From Candidatus Nomurabacteria bacterium RIFCSPLOWO2_01_FULL_42_17 (GTDB taxonomy: Bacteria > Patescibacteriota > Minisyncoccia > Phycocordibacterales > UBA9973), in contig MFVE01000005.1 in assembly GCA_001785985.1 (NCBI GenBank), positions 112,533 to 176,532 on the forward strand: a stretch of 64,000 nucleotides of DNA, written 5' to 3'. Positions 54,447 through 64,000 of the stretch are shown here, piece after piece. The notes below the pieces were generated by a model, which saw only the letters and a list, made by a program, of their open reading frames with translations, made no database searches and was not told the origin of the DNA. The first letter of the stretch is position 1. The number at the start of each line of letters is the position of its first letter. The translations under genes were made by a program, and so were the position numbers.

Positions 54447-54648
54447 TTATTTCACAGAAGCGTCATAAGTCAGCCCATCAGCAACATCAAAAGTGTCATA
54501 AGCTTTGACCACAAGATGATAAGAGATCGCGGAAGTTATTATCGTAAAAATTAGAAAATATACTAAAGTTAAATTGATTCGATGCATGTTAAATATCATA
54601 ACATTTTCTTGATTTTTAGCACTATTTCCTATATATTTGAATGGTTAC

Positions 54649-54721
54649 GCGCCCGTAGCTCAGTCGGTAGAGCAGATCCCTTTTAAGGATAAGGTCGTTG
54701 GTTCGATCCCAACCGGGCGCA
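54649..54721 (+). tRNA. tRNA-Lys (anticodon TTT); no CCA encoded
   Basis: GCGCCCGTAGCTCAGTCGGTAGAGC-AGATCC-CTTTTAA-GGAT..GGTCGTTGGTTCGATCCCAACCGGGCGC-A. Confidence 0.8.
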
Positions 54722-54842
54722 CAAAGTATGGGATACTTTGTGCGAGCCGCAGGCACCAAGGTGCCGAGGCGGGGTCGCGCAAAAATTCAGCAGAATTTTA
54801 TGTGTGACCACAAAATGATGTTATAATATATCTCTATCTTCC

Positions 54843-56888
54843 GTGAAAAAAGATATGACTAAATTTTTTAGAGAACAAATTGAAAAAATAAATTTGATTT
54901 ATGGCGTGAAGCTTGTCGTGCTTTTTTTAATATATTTCGCTACGGCCAAATTAGGTCTCCAATTCGACGCCGTGAGCGGTTTTGCGACACTGGTCTGGCC
55001 GCCGACTGGTATTGCCATTGCGGGAATTTTAATTTTTGGATATAGATATTGGCCAGCGATATTCTTGGGCGCTTTTCTGGTTAATTTCAGCACTGGCGCT
55101 CCGGCCCTCGTAGCGCTTGGAATAGGTTTAGGCAACATGCTAGAAGCGGTTATCGGAGTTTTTTTAGCAAGAAGATTCGGCTTTATGAGAGAAAAAGGGG
55201 AGCTAAAAAATATTTTGCTTTTTATCTTCTTCTGCGTCTTGGGAAGCACTGCGCTGGCAGCTACAATCGGAGTGACTAGCTTGTGGCTGGGTGGCATAGT
55301 ATCTCTCGCAACATATAAAGCGACCTGGATCGCCTGGTGGGTAGGAGACGCGCTGGGAGCATTGATCGTTGGGAATTTAATAATAAATTTTCGGGAGAGA
55401 TTGTCTCTGAAAAACTTTAAATTAAAAAAAGCAGCCGAGGGAATTTTATTCTTTCTTATTCTGATTGTTTGTAATTTGTTCGTTTTTACAAATTTCTTCA
55501 CAACGAAAACGATCGAAACAAACAATCCAATAATTGTTTATACGATTTTCCCTCTTTTGATCTGGGCCTCGCTTCGCTTCGGAAAATCTGGCGCAGTCTT
55601 AGCCGTATTTGTCACCTCGGTCATTTCCATTTGGGGGACAGTGTTGAAGCAAGGTCCGTTTGGAGTGGGAGAATTGAGCGATAATCTTCTCTTGCTGCAA
55701 GGGTATATCGGGGTAATTGCCGGCACAAGCATGATACTTTCGGCGGTGATCGAAGAACGTTTAAAAACAGAGAGAGAATTGACCAATGAGCGAAATAAAG
55801 ATGAGGCAATTTTAGAGAGTATCGGAGAGGGAGTCATCATCACGGATACAAATGGTGTCATCCTTATGATCAACCGTTCGGCGCAGATCATGCTTGGGCT
55901 CGAGCCGGCTCGCGCAATCGGAAGTTATTATGAAAAAGTGATCCATATCGAAGACAAGAGAGAAACGCCCTTAGTGATAGCAAACTGCCCGTTTACATTG
56001 GTATTGTCTTCAAATAAAGTCATAACTGATAACTATTATTTTCGTCCTCGCAATAATAAAAAGTTTGCCGTAAATATGACCACCTCTCCAATCGTTTTTG
56101 AACAAAAAGTTGTCGGAGTGATCGACGTTTTTCGTGACATTACCCATGAAATAGAAATTGACAAGGCAAAATCTGAATTCGTTTCCCTAGCCTCGCATCA
56201 GTTGCGCACACCGCTGACTACTATGAAATGGTATTCGCGCGCGCTCATGAAAGAAGAAAGCGAGAAACTTTCTCCTAAACAGCTGGAATATGTGAAAGAG
56301 ATGTATCACAACAATGAACGCATGATTGAATTGATAAATTCACTGCTCAACGTTTCCCGCATTGAGCTTGGCAGATTTATCATCAAACCGGTAGAAATAA
56401 ACATACGTGAAATTGCCAATGAAGTCATCCACGACATCACCCCTTATACAGACGGCAAAAAGATAGTAATCAAAAAACATTACGATGAAAAAATCCCGCT
56501 TGCTATGATCGACCCCAATTTATTAAAAATTATTTTGCAAAACTTGCTCGCTAACAGCATCAAATATTCCAAGAAACACGCCACTGTTAATTTTTATATT
56601 GAAAATAAAGAAAAGGAAATTTTGTTTATTATTGCCGATAAAGGATGCGGTATTGCGAAAAACCAGCAAGAAAAAATCTTCACGAAAATGTTTCGCACTG
56701 ACAATGCCAGAATGATAGATCCGGAAGGCAGTGGCCTCGGACTTTATATTGTAAAATCAATTATCGAGCAATCAGGCGGTCGCATTTGGTTTAGTTCAGC
56801 GATAAATGAAGGCAGCACCTTTTACGTTGCCCTGCCCCTTTTAGGCACAATAAAAAGAGAGCCGGGTTCTAGACTTATTTATTCATAA
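54843..56888 (+). CDS. Sensor histidine kinase with an N-terminal multi-TM (MASE1-like) domain, PAS, HisKA and HATPase_c
   Basis: About 8 TM helices at the N-terminus; PAS-like segment (ILESIGEGVIITDTNGVI); H-box SLASHQLRTPLT; ATP-lid (DKGCGI...GSGLGLYIV). Confidence 0.8.
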   Translation: MKKDMTKFFREQIEKINLIYGVKLVVLFLIYFATAKLGLQFDAVSGFATLVWPPTGIAIAGILIFGYRYWPAIFLGAFLVNFSTGAPALVALGIGLGNMLEAVIGVFLARRFGFMREKGELKNILLFIFFCVLGSTALAATIGVTSLWLGGIVSLATYKATWIAWWVGDALGALIVGNLIINFRERLSLKNFKLKKAAEGILFFLILIVCNLFVFTNFFTTKTIETNNPIIVYTIFPLLIWASLRFGKSGAVLAVFVTSVISIWGTVLKQGPFGVGELSDNLLLLQGYIGVIAGTSMILSAVIEERLKTERELTNERNKDEAILESIGEGVIITDTNGVILMINRSAQIMLGLEPARAIGSYYEKVIHIEDKRETPLVIANCPFTLVLSSNKVITDNYYFRPRNNKKFAVNMTTSPIVFEQKVVGVIDVFRDITHEIEIDKAKSEFVSLASHQLRTPLTTMKWYSRALMKEESEKLSPKQLEYVKEMYHNNERMIELINSLLNVSRIELGRFIIKPVEINIREIANEVIHDITPYTDGKKIVIKKHYDEKIPLAMIDPNLLKIILQNLLANSIKYSKKHATVNFYIENKEKEILFIIADKGCGIAKNQQEKIFTKMFRTDNARMIDPEGSGLGLYIVKSIIEQSGGRIWFSSAINEGSTFYVALPLLGTIKREPGSRLIYS

Positions 56889-56907
56889 GTAATACAATTA
56901 TAGGCAG

Positions 56908-57306
56908 ATGGAAACAGAAGAAAAAAAGAAAATATTGATTGTGGAGGATGAATCATCAATGTTGAAAATTTTGGTTGATAGTTTCGAAAAGGAAAATTTT
57001 TCAACGCTGGAAGCGCGAGATGGCGAAATCGCATTCAGAAAAGCGCTCGAGGAAAGACCGGATATAATTCTCCTAGACATTTTGTTGCCGAAAATAGACG
57101 GCCTGACGGTGCTCAAGAAATTAAGAAAAGAAAACGAATACGGGAAAAAAGTTCCAGTGATTCTCCTGACCAACTTGAATCCAGATCGAGAAGAAATAAA
57201 TAAAGTAATAGCCGAAAATAATCCGGCTTATTATTTGGTAAAAACAAACTGGAACATAGAAGATGTCGTGGAAAAAGTAAAAGAGCGTTTATCTCGCTCT
57301 GATTAG
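56908..57306 (+). CDS. Single-domain response regulator (CheY-like receiver)
   Basis: ILIVEDES (DD pocket), phospho-acceptor D in IILLDILLP, T/K signature (...LLTNL...); 132 aa. Confidence 0.8.
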   Translation: METEEKKKILIVEDESSMLKILVDSFEKENFSTLEARDGEIAFRKALEERPDIILLDILLPKIDGLTVLKKLRKENEYGKKVPVILLTNLNPDREEINKVIAENNPAYYLVKTNWNIEDVVEKVKERLSRSD

Positions 57307-57959
57307 AAAGCTTCCAATAGAAACTGTTCAAAAGCTGATTCGGTATCACGCCCTTCTTTGCGCGCTTGCGGCAAGAGATAGGCCAAGCGCGAAGCCGAGT
57401 TTTTGAGTTCAATTTCAGAAAATTTATTAAAATCTTTTTTAATTGTCATATCTTTTATCTTCCAGAAAAGGACCCCAATAATTTCCTCCATCCCCACCCC
57501 CTTGTCCATCGCCTGGCGAAAATAGATCCACATATTCAACTTATCTTTTTTCCCGAAAGCATTGGCTACTAGAAAATTGTCAAATTTTTCTTTCTTCTCT
57601 TTTGGTAATTCAAATATATTAAGCTGAAGAATTTTTGGCTCGGCTTTTTTAAAATCATCTAGGATGGATTTACTCAGCTTCCCTTCCAGAAATACAAAGG
57701 AGTTGGGGGACTTTTCCATCAGTTTCAATTTATCCAAGATAAAATCTCTAGCTTCTTCGTGGTCAAGAATATTTTGAAAAATCACCGCTGATAAAGGAGA
57801 AAAAAGGCTCGCGCCGGAATAAAAGCTTTCTATCTGAATAGGATTAAAATCATTTCGGTTAATAAAAAAGGTCTCTACACCTTTTGGTAGGGATTTTATG
57901 AATTTTTCATAACTCGCAAGCTTGTTTTTCGCATCGTCGCCAGAGAAAAGATAGATCAT
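57303..57959 (-). CDS. holA: DNA polymerase III delta subunit-like protein (short HolA)
   Basis: The N-terminus MIYLFSGDDAKNKL...SLFSPLSAVIF aligns to HolA (..YLLLGND..L ... SLFASRQTLLL); 218 aa. Confidence 0.5.
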   Translation of the reverse strand: MIYLFSGDDAKNKLASYEKFIKSLPKGVETFFINRNDFNPIQIESFYSGASLFSPLSAVIFQNILDHEEARDFILDKLKLMEKSPNSFVFLEGKLSKSILDDFKKAEPKILQLNIFELPKEKKEKFDNFLVANAFGKKDKLNMWIYFRQAMDKGVGMEEIIGVLFWKIKDMTIKKDFNKFSEIELKNSASRLAYLLPQARKEGRDTESAFEQFLLEAF

Positions 57960-57962
57960 AAG

Positions 57963-58433
57963 TTAAAGTTTAACTGATTTTTTATATTCCAGATACGGAG
58001 CGCCATATTTTTCCGCAAGCACCGCATCTTGTTTCTTTAAGAAAAAAAACTTAGAGATAAAGAGAGAGATAATGGTAGACAAAACCACGAAAAACGCGTT
58101 GGCAATAATGCCAAATCCCAACACCAAGGAAAAAAGTCCCCAATGCGTGGGATGCCGACTGTAACAATAGGGCCCCTTGCAAAAAGTCTCTTTACTGAGA
58201 TTCTCTATGTTGAAATTTCGGGATGTTTTCTGAGCCCAGAGAATCAAAAAACTGGCAAATACTAGAAAGATAATACCAATTACCGAAAAAATAGGATTGG
58301 TAAAGATTTTAATTTGAAAAATAAAATCAAGAGTTACGCCAATTAAAAATAAAATGAAGTACATCGTGTACGAATGCGCCAAAATCTTGTGTACCCGATA
58401 TTGCCTAGGACTTTTTTGATTAATAACCTGCAT
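57963..58433 (-). CDS. Isoprenylcysteine carboxyl methyltransferase / phospholipid methyltransferase family membrane protein
   Basis: 4-5 TM helices and the C-terminal motif KGPYCYSRHPTHWGL (..Y..VRHP.Y.G). Confidence 0.6.
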   Translation of the reverse strand: MQVINQKSPRQYRVHKILAHSYTMYFILFLIGVTLDFIFQIKIFTNPIFSVIGIIFLVFASFLILWAQKTSRNFNIENLSKETFCKGPYCYSRHPTHWGLFSLVLGFGIIANAFFVVLSTIISLFISKFFFLKKQDAVLAEKYGAPYLEYKKSVKL

Positions 58434-58456
58434 TTGCCTATTATACTACAAAAAAT

Positions 58457-60859
58457 TTATTTCACCTCTCCAAAATTATCGCCACAGCCGGAGTGGACTT
58501 CGAGTGGAATATCGGTTTTGTAATGCAAATACGACCTTTCGAGGACGCTCGCCATAGCCTGTTTTATTATTTCATCAGCCCTTTCCAAGACGCTTTCGTC
58601 CACTTCGTATACTAGCTCATCGTGAATTTGCAGCACGAGATGAACCTGATCGAAAAGTCCGGCGCTCTTTAGATCCTCGTCCGCGTACCTGATAGCGAGC
58701 TTGATGATGTCTGCGGCGGTGCCTTGCACTGGCGCGTTGGTCGCCGTCCGTTCGGCCATATTTTTCAAGAACGGGATTTTGGAATTTATATTCGGGAAAA
58801 ATCTCCGCCTGCCAAACAAAGTCTCGGTAAAAGAATTTTTCAGAGCAAACTTTTTTACCTCTTCTAGATAATCCCGCACTCCCGAAAATTGATTAAAATA
58901 ATTATCATAAAACTTCTGCGCTTCTTCGCGGGTGCCACCGAGATTTTTGCGCAAAGCCGAGACTCCCATGCCGTAAATAATTCCAAAATTTATCACTTTC
59001 GCCTGGCGTCGCATTTCACTATCCACTTTTTCTATCGGGACACCGAAAACAAAGGAGGCTACGCCGGCGTGAATGTCTTTTTGATCTCTGAATATCTGGG
59101 TCATCTTTTTATCGCCGGAGAGCATAGCGGCCACACGCAGCTCGATCTGGCTATAATCAAAAGCGCAAAGTTTGGAGCCTTTAGGCGCGATAAATCCGTT
59201 GCGGATCCTTTTTCCCAGAGCTGTCTTGATGGGTAAGTTTTGCAAATTTGGATCCTGTGAAGAAAATCTGCCCGTGGTGCTACCATTTTGTAAAAATTTT
59301 GCGTGCAACCGGCTATCTGCGCCCGCCATCTTGGGAATTACGTCAATGTAAGTGGAAAGTAATTTCTGCAATTCTCGATAAGCTAAAATTTCTTTTATTA
59401 TTGGGTTGGCTTCTTCTAATTCTTCCAAAACGGAAACTTTAGTAGAAAAAGATCCTGTCGCGTTTGCTTTTTTACTAGACTTCATACCCATTTTGCCAAA
59501 AAGCACCTCCCCCATTTGTTTTGGTGAATTGATATTAAACTCTGTGCCCGCCAGTTCATATATTTTTGCCGTTAACTTGTCTAGCTTTTTATGGTATTCC
59601 ACTGACAAATTTTCAAAATATTTTTTATCAATAAGGATTCCATGTTCTTCCATTTGTTTTACGATATGGATTATCGGACGCTCAATTTCTTCGTAAACTT
59701 TCTCCAGCTTGTCCTCTTTTAATTGCTTAAATACATAATCGTAAGCAGCATCGAATGAATCAGCGCCCGCAAACATCAAAATGTCATCCAACTGCGGATT
59801 GGGTATGTCGGAATTGATGAGCCAGAGGGCAATGCTAGCTTCTTGTAATTTTACTGTATCAACTTTAGTGTTTGTTTTTTCTTCTTTTTTAGAATTACCA
59901 TTAAAAAAATTCTTGAGACGTCCAAACAAACTTCTAAATTCAAATTTAGTAAAAACTGCTTCTACCTTTTTTAAATCAGCATTTTCCCAAAAGGTCTTTT
60001 CTGGTAATCTAAAATCTAGTGGCGCATCAGTCCGAATTTTTGCTAAAGTTTTTGAAAATAAAGCTTCTTCCTCATTATTTTTAATTAATTCTATGATTCT
60101 AGGACTTATTCCAGCTTTTTTAAAAATGGCTTCACCTTTCTTGATTTTCTCATAAATTTCTTCTATCGTGCCGAAATTTGTAATCAGAGTAGTAGCCGTT
60201 TTCTCTCCGATGCCTTTGATACCGATAATATTATCCGAGGCATCTCCGCGGAGTCCCTTGTAGTCCGGCAAAAGCGCCGGCTTGAAGCCAAAACGCGCTA
60301 CAACTGCGTCTTCATCGTATAAAATAGTTTCGTTGATACCTTTCTTTAGAGTATAGACTTGCACTTTTTTATCGTCCACCAACTGCATCGTATCCATGTC
60401 ACCGGAGGCAATGATGATATTTATCCCGTTAGAGGCAGAGGGTCGCTGCGAGCCCTCGCGGCCTCTAACGGGATTTATTTGCTTAACGATCGTCCCCAGC
60501 ACATCGTCTGCTTCGAAACCTGGAGCATCATATATAGGCACATTAAAAGCTTCGAAAATGGCTCGGGAATTTTTTAGCTGCATTATCAAGGCATCGTCCG
60601 CTTTGACTCGGCCGGCCTTGTATTGATCATAGGCTTCATGCCTAAATGTCTTCCCGGGCAGATCATAACAAGCCACAATATAATCCGGTTTTAGATCCGT
60701 AACGATTTTCATCAGCATCGAAGCGAGTCCATAGAGCGCTCCTGTCGGCTCGCCCTTGGACGACAAAAACTCGGGCAAGGCATGATAAGCGCGATGAATG
60801 ATGGCGTGAGCATCCAATAAAACTATGGTCTTTTTAGGCTGATTATCTCCTTTAGGCAT
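58457..60859 (-). CDS. polA: DNA polymerase I
   Basis: 5'-3' exonuclease N-terminus (LLDAHAIIHRAYHAL); polymerase motif A (..DYSQIELR), motif B (RRQAKVINFGIIYG) and motif C (QIHDELVYEV). Confidence 0.9.
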   Translation of the reverse strand: MPKGDNQPKKTIVLLDAHAIIHRAYHALPEFLSSKGEPTGALYGLASMLMKIVTDLKPDYIVACYDLPGKTFRHEAYDQYKAGRVKADDALIMQLKNSRAIFEAFNVPIYDAPGFEADDVLGTIVKQINPVRGREGSQRPSASNGINIIIASGDMDTMQLVDDKKVQVYTLKKGINETILYDEDAVVARFGFKPALLPDYKGLRGDASDNIIGIKGIGEKTATTLITNFGTIEEIYEKIKKGEAIFKKAGISPRIIELIKNNEEEALFSKTLAKIRTDAPLDFRLPEKTFWENADLKKVEAVFTKFEFRSLFGRLKNFFNGNSKKEEKTNTKVDTVKLQEASIALWLINSDIPNPQLDDILMFAGADSFDAAYDYVFKQLKEDKLEKVYEEIERPIIHIVKQMEEHGILIDKKYFENLSVEYHKKLDKLTAKIYELAGTEFNINSPKQMGEVLFGKMGMKSSKKANATGSFSTKVSVLEELEEANPIIKEILAYRELQKLLSTYIDVIPKMAGADSRLHAKFLQNGSTTGRFSSQDPNLQNLPIKTALGKRIRNGFIAPKGSKLCAFDYSQIELRVAAMLSGDKKMTQIFRDQKDIHAGVASFVFGVPIEKVDSEMRRQAKVINFGIIYGMGVSALRKNLGGTREEAQKFYDNYFNQFSGVRDYLEEVKKFALKNSFTETLFGRRRFFPNINSKIPFLKNMAERTATNAPVQGTAADIIKLAIRYADEDLKSAGLFDQVHLVLQIHDELVYEVDESVLERADEIIKQAMASVLERSYLHYKTDIPLEVHSGCGDNFGEVK

Positions 60860-60897
60860 TATGTAAATAATATCATTTAATATACAATATATACATA

Positions 60898-62595
60898 ATG
60901 GCTTTATTTGACGAAGAAAAACAAAATAAACAGCTGGACGAATTGCATAAAGAAGAAGAGGAACAATTAGTGGCGACGCTCGCAGAATCTAAGTACCATC
61001 TCCCCTATGTAAACCTATATCGCCTAGGCATAGACAACGAAGCGCTCCGGGCGATATCTGAGAAAGATGCGATAGAGATGAAAGTCGCGCCTTTCAAGCT
61101 TTTCGGAAAAAATATTTTCATCGCCGTCCGCTCTCCATCAGGTGACCTTTTTAAAACATTAAAAGAGGAAGTGGAGAGGCATAACTTGATACCTACTTTT
61201 TATATGGCATCGAACGCCAGCCTGAGTAAAGTATGGGACAGATATAAAGAAATTTCTCTGGCTGAAAACTCCAAGGTCGGAGGATTAGATATCTCGCCTG
61301 AGATTTTAAGAGACACAGCCAAGAATATTTCGCACATGCAAGATATCGAGAAGCTGGTCATCGAAGCCCTGGAAGGAAATAAAATTCATAAAATTTCGCG
61401 CTTGCTGGAGATAATCCTGGCTGGCGCAATCGCCATCAAAGCTTCAGACATCCACATAGAACCGGAACAAAGCAGAGGCAGACTCCGCTTGCGTCTCGAC
61501 GGCGTGCTCCAAGATATAAATTTCTTCGGACTAGATATCTATCGCTTGCTCAATTCACGCATCAAACTCCTCTCCGGCATGAAACTAACTTCTAAGATCG
61601 CGCAAGACGGACGTTTTAGCATTATGGAAGACAAGGACGAAATAAATATCCGTACTTCTCTGATTCCCGGAGCTTATGGCGAATCGATAGTCATGCGTAT
61701 CTTGGACCCAAAATCCATCCAGGTAAAACTGGAGGAATTGGGGATAGAGCCCTATCTGTTTTCGGTGATCGAACAAGAAATCGCCAAGCCAAATGGTTTG
61801 ATCCTGGTCACCGGTCCGACTGGAAGCGGAAAAACGACTACCCTTTACGCTTTTCTCCGAAAAATATATTCTCCGGACATAAAAATAATAACTATTGAAG
61901 ATCCGATCGAATATCATTTGCCCGGCATTACCCAAACTCAGACAAACGATCAGAGAGGCTATACATTCGTAGAAGGATTACGTTCCGCCCTGCGCCAAGA
62001 TCCAGATGTAGTGATGGTCGGAGAAATTCGCGACAATGAAACTGCTGAAACAGCCGTGCAATCCGCCCTCACTGGCCACATCGTTTTTTCCACCCTGCAT
62101 ACCAATAATGCCGCCGGCGTCATCCCTAGATTGATTGATCTCGGAGTAAATCCAAAAATTCTGGTCTCTGCCCTCTCTCTTTCCATCGCCCAGCGTCTGG
62201 TCCGCGTGCTCTGCCAATCCTGCAAAAAAGAAAACGATCCGACCGCTGAAGAAGCGAAAATTATAAAATTAGTGCTAGATAGCATGAAAGCAGAAGAAAA
62301 AGATGCTTCAAAATACAATATTAAAAATGAAGCATCTTTTAAGATTTTCTCCCCAGTCGGCTGTGATAAATGCAACCAGATCGGCTACAAAGGGCGAATC
62401 GGCATTTTCGAAGCGATAAAAACCGACGAATCCATAGAGAAAATAATCCCAACAAACCCAAGCGAACATGAAATCAAAAAAACAGCGCGCGCCCAGGGCA
62501 TACTCTCAATGCGACAAGACGGTATGGTAAAAATATTAAACGGCATCACCTCGATCACCGAAGTGCAAAGCGTGGTGGATTTGAACGAGGAGTAA
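60898..62595 (+). CDS. pilB: Type IV pilus / type II secretion assembly ATPase (PilB/GspE family)
   Basis: GspE N-terminal domain, Walker A GLILVTGPTGSGKTTTL, Asp box, Walker B (..VVMVGEIRD), His box (GHIVFSTLHTN) and a tetracysteine motif (CQSC...C..C). Confidence 0.85.
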   Translation: MALFDEEKQNKQLDELHKEEEEQLVATLAESKYHLPYVNLYRLGIDNEALRAISEKDAIEMKVAPFKLFGKNIFIAVRSPSGDLFKTLKEEVERHNLIPTFYMASNASLSKVWDRYKEISLAENSKVGGLDISPEILRDTAKNISHMQDIEKLVIEALEGNKIHKISRLLEIILAGAIAIKASDIHIEPEQSRGRLRLRLDGVLQDINFFGLDIYRLLNSRIKLLSGMKLTSKIAQDGRFSIMEDKDEINIRTSLIPGAYGESIVMRILDPKSIQVKLEELGIEPYLFSVIEQEIAKPNGLILVTGPTGSGKTTTLYAFLRKIYSPDIKIITIEDPIEYHLPGITQTQTNDQRGYTFVEGLRSALRQDPDVVMVGEIRDNETAETAVQSALTGHIVFSTLHTNNAAGVIPRLIDLGVNPKILVSALSLSIAQRLVRVLCQSCKKENDPTAEEAKIIKLVLDSMKAEEKDASKYNIKNEASFKIFSPVGCDKCNQIGYKGRIGIFEAIKTDESIEKIIPTNPSEHEIKKTARAQGILSMRQDGMVKILNGITSITEVQSVVDLNEE

Positions 62596-62607
62596 TTTTA
62601 TTTTATC

Positions 62608-63453
62608 TTATTTTGTCTTATTTATCTCCCCCTTAAATACAAACTCTGCCGGGCCACGGAGGATTATTTCGCCTTCTTTGTTTTCGGACAGATATAAATT
62701 CCCACCCGGGAATTCTAATGTTATTTCTTGCGTTAGGTCTTGCACTGGGTTTTGTTTAAGGCAAGCATATACAGCGCAAGCGCCGGTGCCACAGGCTAGT
62801 GTCGCCCCGCTTCCGCGTTCCCAGACTTTCACTTTAAAATGATTGTCTTTGATTTTTTCTACTAATTCCACATTTATTTTATTTGGAAAATGAGAATCAT
62901 TCTCTATAATGGGTCCAATCTGTGATATGTCAATCAGAGAAATATCTTTTACCATTCCCACGGCATGCGGATTGCCCATCGAGACAAATTTAAAAGCAAT
63001 ATTTTCTAAAGTAAGTGAATCTTTAGGAAAATCATTGTGAACAAATACTGGAACCCCCATATTTACGGAAAAACTTCCGTCTTCATTTATGACTATCCTT
63101 TTTATTCCAGCTCTCGTATCAATAGATACCTCTTTTATTTTATTTTCTTTGAGTTTGATGTGTTCTAAGAAAAATTTAGCGACGCACCGCACCCCGTTGC
63201 CACACATTTCCGCAATCGTTCCATCAGCATTGTAATAATTCATAAAACAATCCGCTTGTGGTGAGCCCGCCCTATCCACCTTGTCCGAAGATTCGACAAG
63301 TATCAGACCATCCGCGCCTATACCAAAATGGCGATCGCATAAAAGTTTGATATTTTTTGTAGCTTGAACGGGAAAATTTTTAGCGCGATTGTCTATCAAA
63401 ATAAAATCATTCCCAGCGCCGTGATATTTATAGAATTTGGTCATCATAGTCAA
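62608..63453 (-). CDS. dapF: Diaminopimelate epimerase
   Basis: FYKYHGAGNDFILID with the first catalytic Cys motif (MCGNGVRC), and a second Cys (ATLACGTGACAV). Confidence 0.85.
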   Translation of the reverse strand: MTMMTKFYKYHGAGNDFILIDNRAKNFPVQATKNIKLLCDRHFGIGADGLILVESSDKVDRAGSPQADCFMNYYNADGTIAEMCGNGVRCVAKFFLEHIKLKENKIKEVSIDTRAGIKRIVINEDGSFSVNMGVPVFVHNDFPKDSLTLENIAFKFVSMGNPHAVGMVKDISLIDISQIGPIIENDSHFPNKINVELVEKIKDNHFKVKVWERGSGATLACGTGACAVYACLKQNPVQDLTQEITLEFPGGNLYLSENKEGEIILRGPAEFVFKGEINKTK

Positions 63454-63463
63454 TATTTGAATA

Positions 63464-64000
63464 TTACTTTATATACCCCTTTTTTACCAATAATTCAGCC
63501 GTAAGAACACTGCCTCCAGCTGCGCCCCGAACAGTGTTGTGCGATAGGGCAACGCACTTCCAGCCTAAAACAGAATCCTCTCTAAGACGGCCGATGCTGA
63601 TAGCCATACCGTTGCCCAAGCCGCGATCTAAACGTGTTTGCGGCCTATTTTCCTCTTCAAAATATTTCAAAAATGGTTTTGGAGCGGAAGGCAAACCTAA
63701 TTCATCTAAAGGATTCTTAAAATTTTTCAAGGCTTTGATTAACTTCTCTTTAGTTACTTTTTTGCCAAACTGTATGTTAATTGTGGCTAGATGACCGTCA
63801 GAAACAGGCACTCGCACACAATTGGCTGAAATTTTTATTTTATTTTCTAAAACAAATCCTCCTTTTCCCCCAATATTTAGCCTGCCCAAAATTTTCTTGG
63901 GTTCCTTTTCGGATTTCTCCTCTTCACCTCCCCCGATATAAGGTATGACGTTGTCGATCATCTCCGGCCAAGTTTTAAAAGTTTTACCCGCGCCGGAAAT
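63464..64000 (-). CDS. asd: Aspartate-semialdehyde dehydrogenase, C-terminal part (the gene continues beyond the window end)
   Basis: C-terminus ...CVALSHNTVRGAAGGSVLTAELLVKKGYI and CVRVPV..GH; it is adjacent to dapF, consistent with the DAP/lysine pathway. ArgC cannot be fully excluded. Confidence 0.55.
   Translation of the reverse strand: MSGAGKTFKTWPEMIDNVIPYIGGGEEEKSEKEPKKILGRLNIGGKGGFVLENKIKISANCVRVPVSDGHLATINIQFGKKVTKEKLIKALKNFKNPLDELGLPSAPKPFLKYFEEENRPQTRLDRGLGNGMAISIGRLREDSVLGWKCVALSHNTVRGAAGGSVLTAELLVKKGYIK

Noticed and set aside
1-64000. CRISPR arrays, rRNA genes, integrase/transposase genes and prophage structural genes
   Set aside because: No regularly spaced direct-repeat array, no rRNA-like conserved sequence and no integrase, transposase or capsid-like ORFs were recognised on either strand. 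Mobile content is limited to the palindromic mini-elements, the LAGLIDADG ORFs and the RT remnant.

Overview
This window is an AT-rich bacterial chromosomal segment with 72 reportable coding features, 6 tRNAs and no rRNA or CRISPR. Its gene content resembles a reduced-genome Patescibacteria/CPR-like organism (small ribosomal-protein operons, a free-standing rRNA-IVS-family four-helix-bundle protein, LAGLIDADG endonucleases, type IV pilus genes), but that assignment is inference. The housekeeping backbone includes a partial str operon (rpsL-rpsG-fusA), secE-nusG-rplK, rpmB, rplS and rpsT, a thyA-folA / MazG-like / dCMP-deaminase thymidylate module, murB, tsaC, nrdAB, a contiguous uvrB-uvrA-uvrC block, ruvA, mutM, polA, holA-like, purF, dapF and a partial asd, pilM-N-O plus a separate pilB, two histidine kinases and a response regulator. 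Five things stand out. (1) Short GC-rich imperfect palindromic elements sit in frame inside several unrelated housekeeping genes: murB (two), rluA, thyA, uvrC, uvrB (two) and the ABC-F ATPase. Two sequence families each occur in two or more genes, reminiscent of Rickettsia palindromic elements. (2) An accessory island of about 11 kb (20.8-32 kb) carries nucleotidyltransferase-fold, kinase-fold, NUDIX, HAD and TauD genes. A roughly 90-bp promoter-plus-leader cassette with an 'MPEGDKKVDWFLWL' upstream ORF occurs three times in it. (3) An N-terminally truncated reverse transcriptase with a DGR-type motif 4 (LGNLTSQ) and YADD lies next to rpsT and ruvA. (4) Two LAGLIDADG-type endonuclease genes abut tRNA genes, and one reads into tRNA-Ser so that its stop codon is the tRNA anticodon. 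(5) There is a RelB/DinJ-YafQ toxin-antitoxin pair with a palindromic operator.
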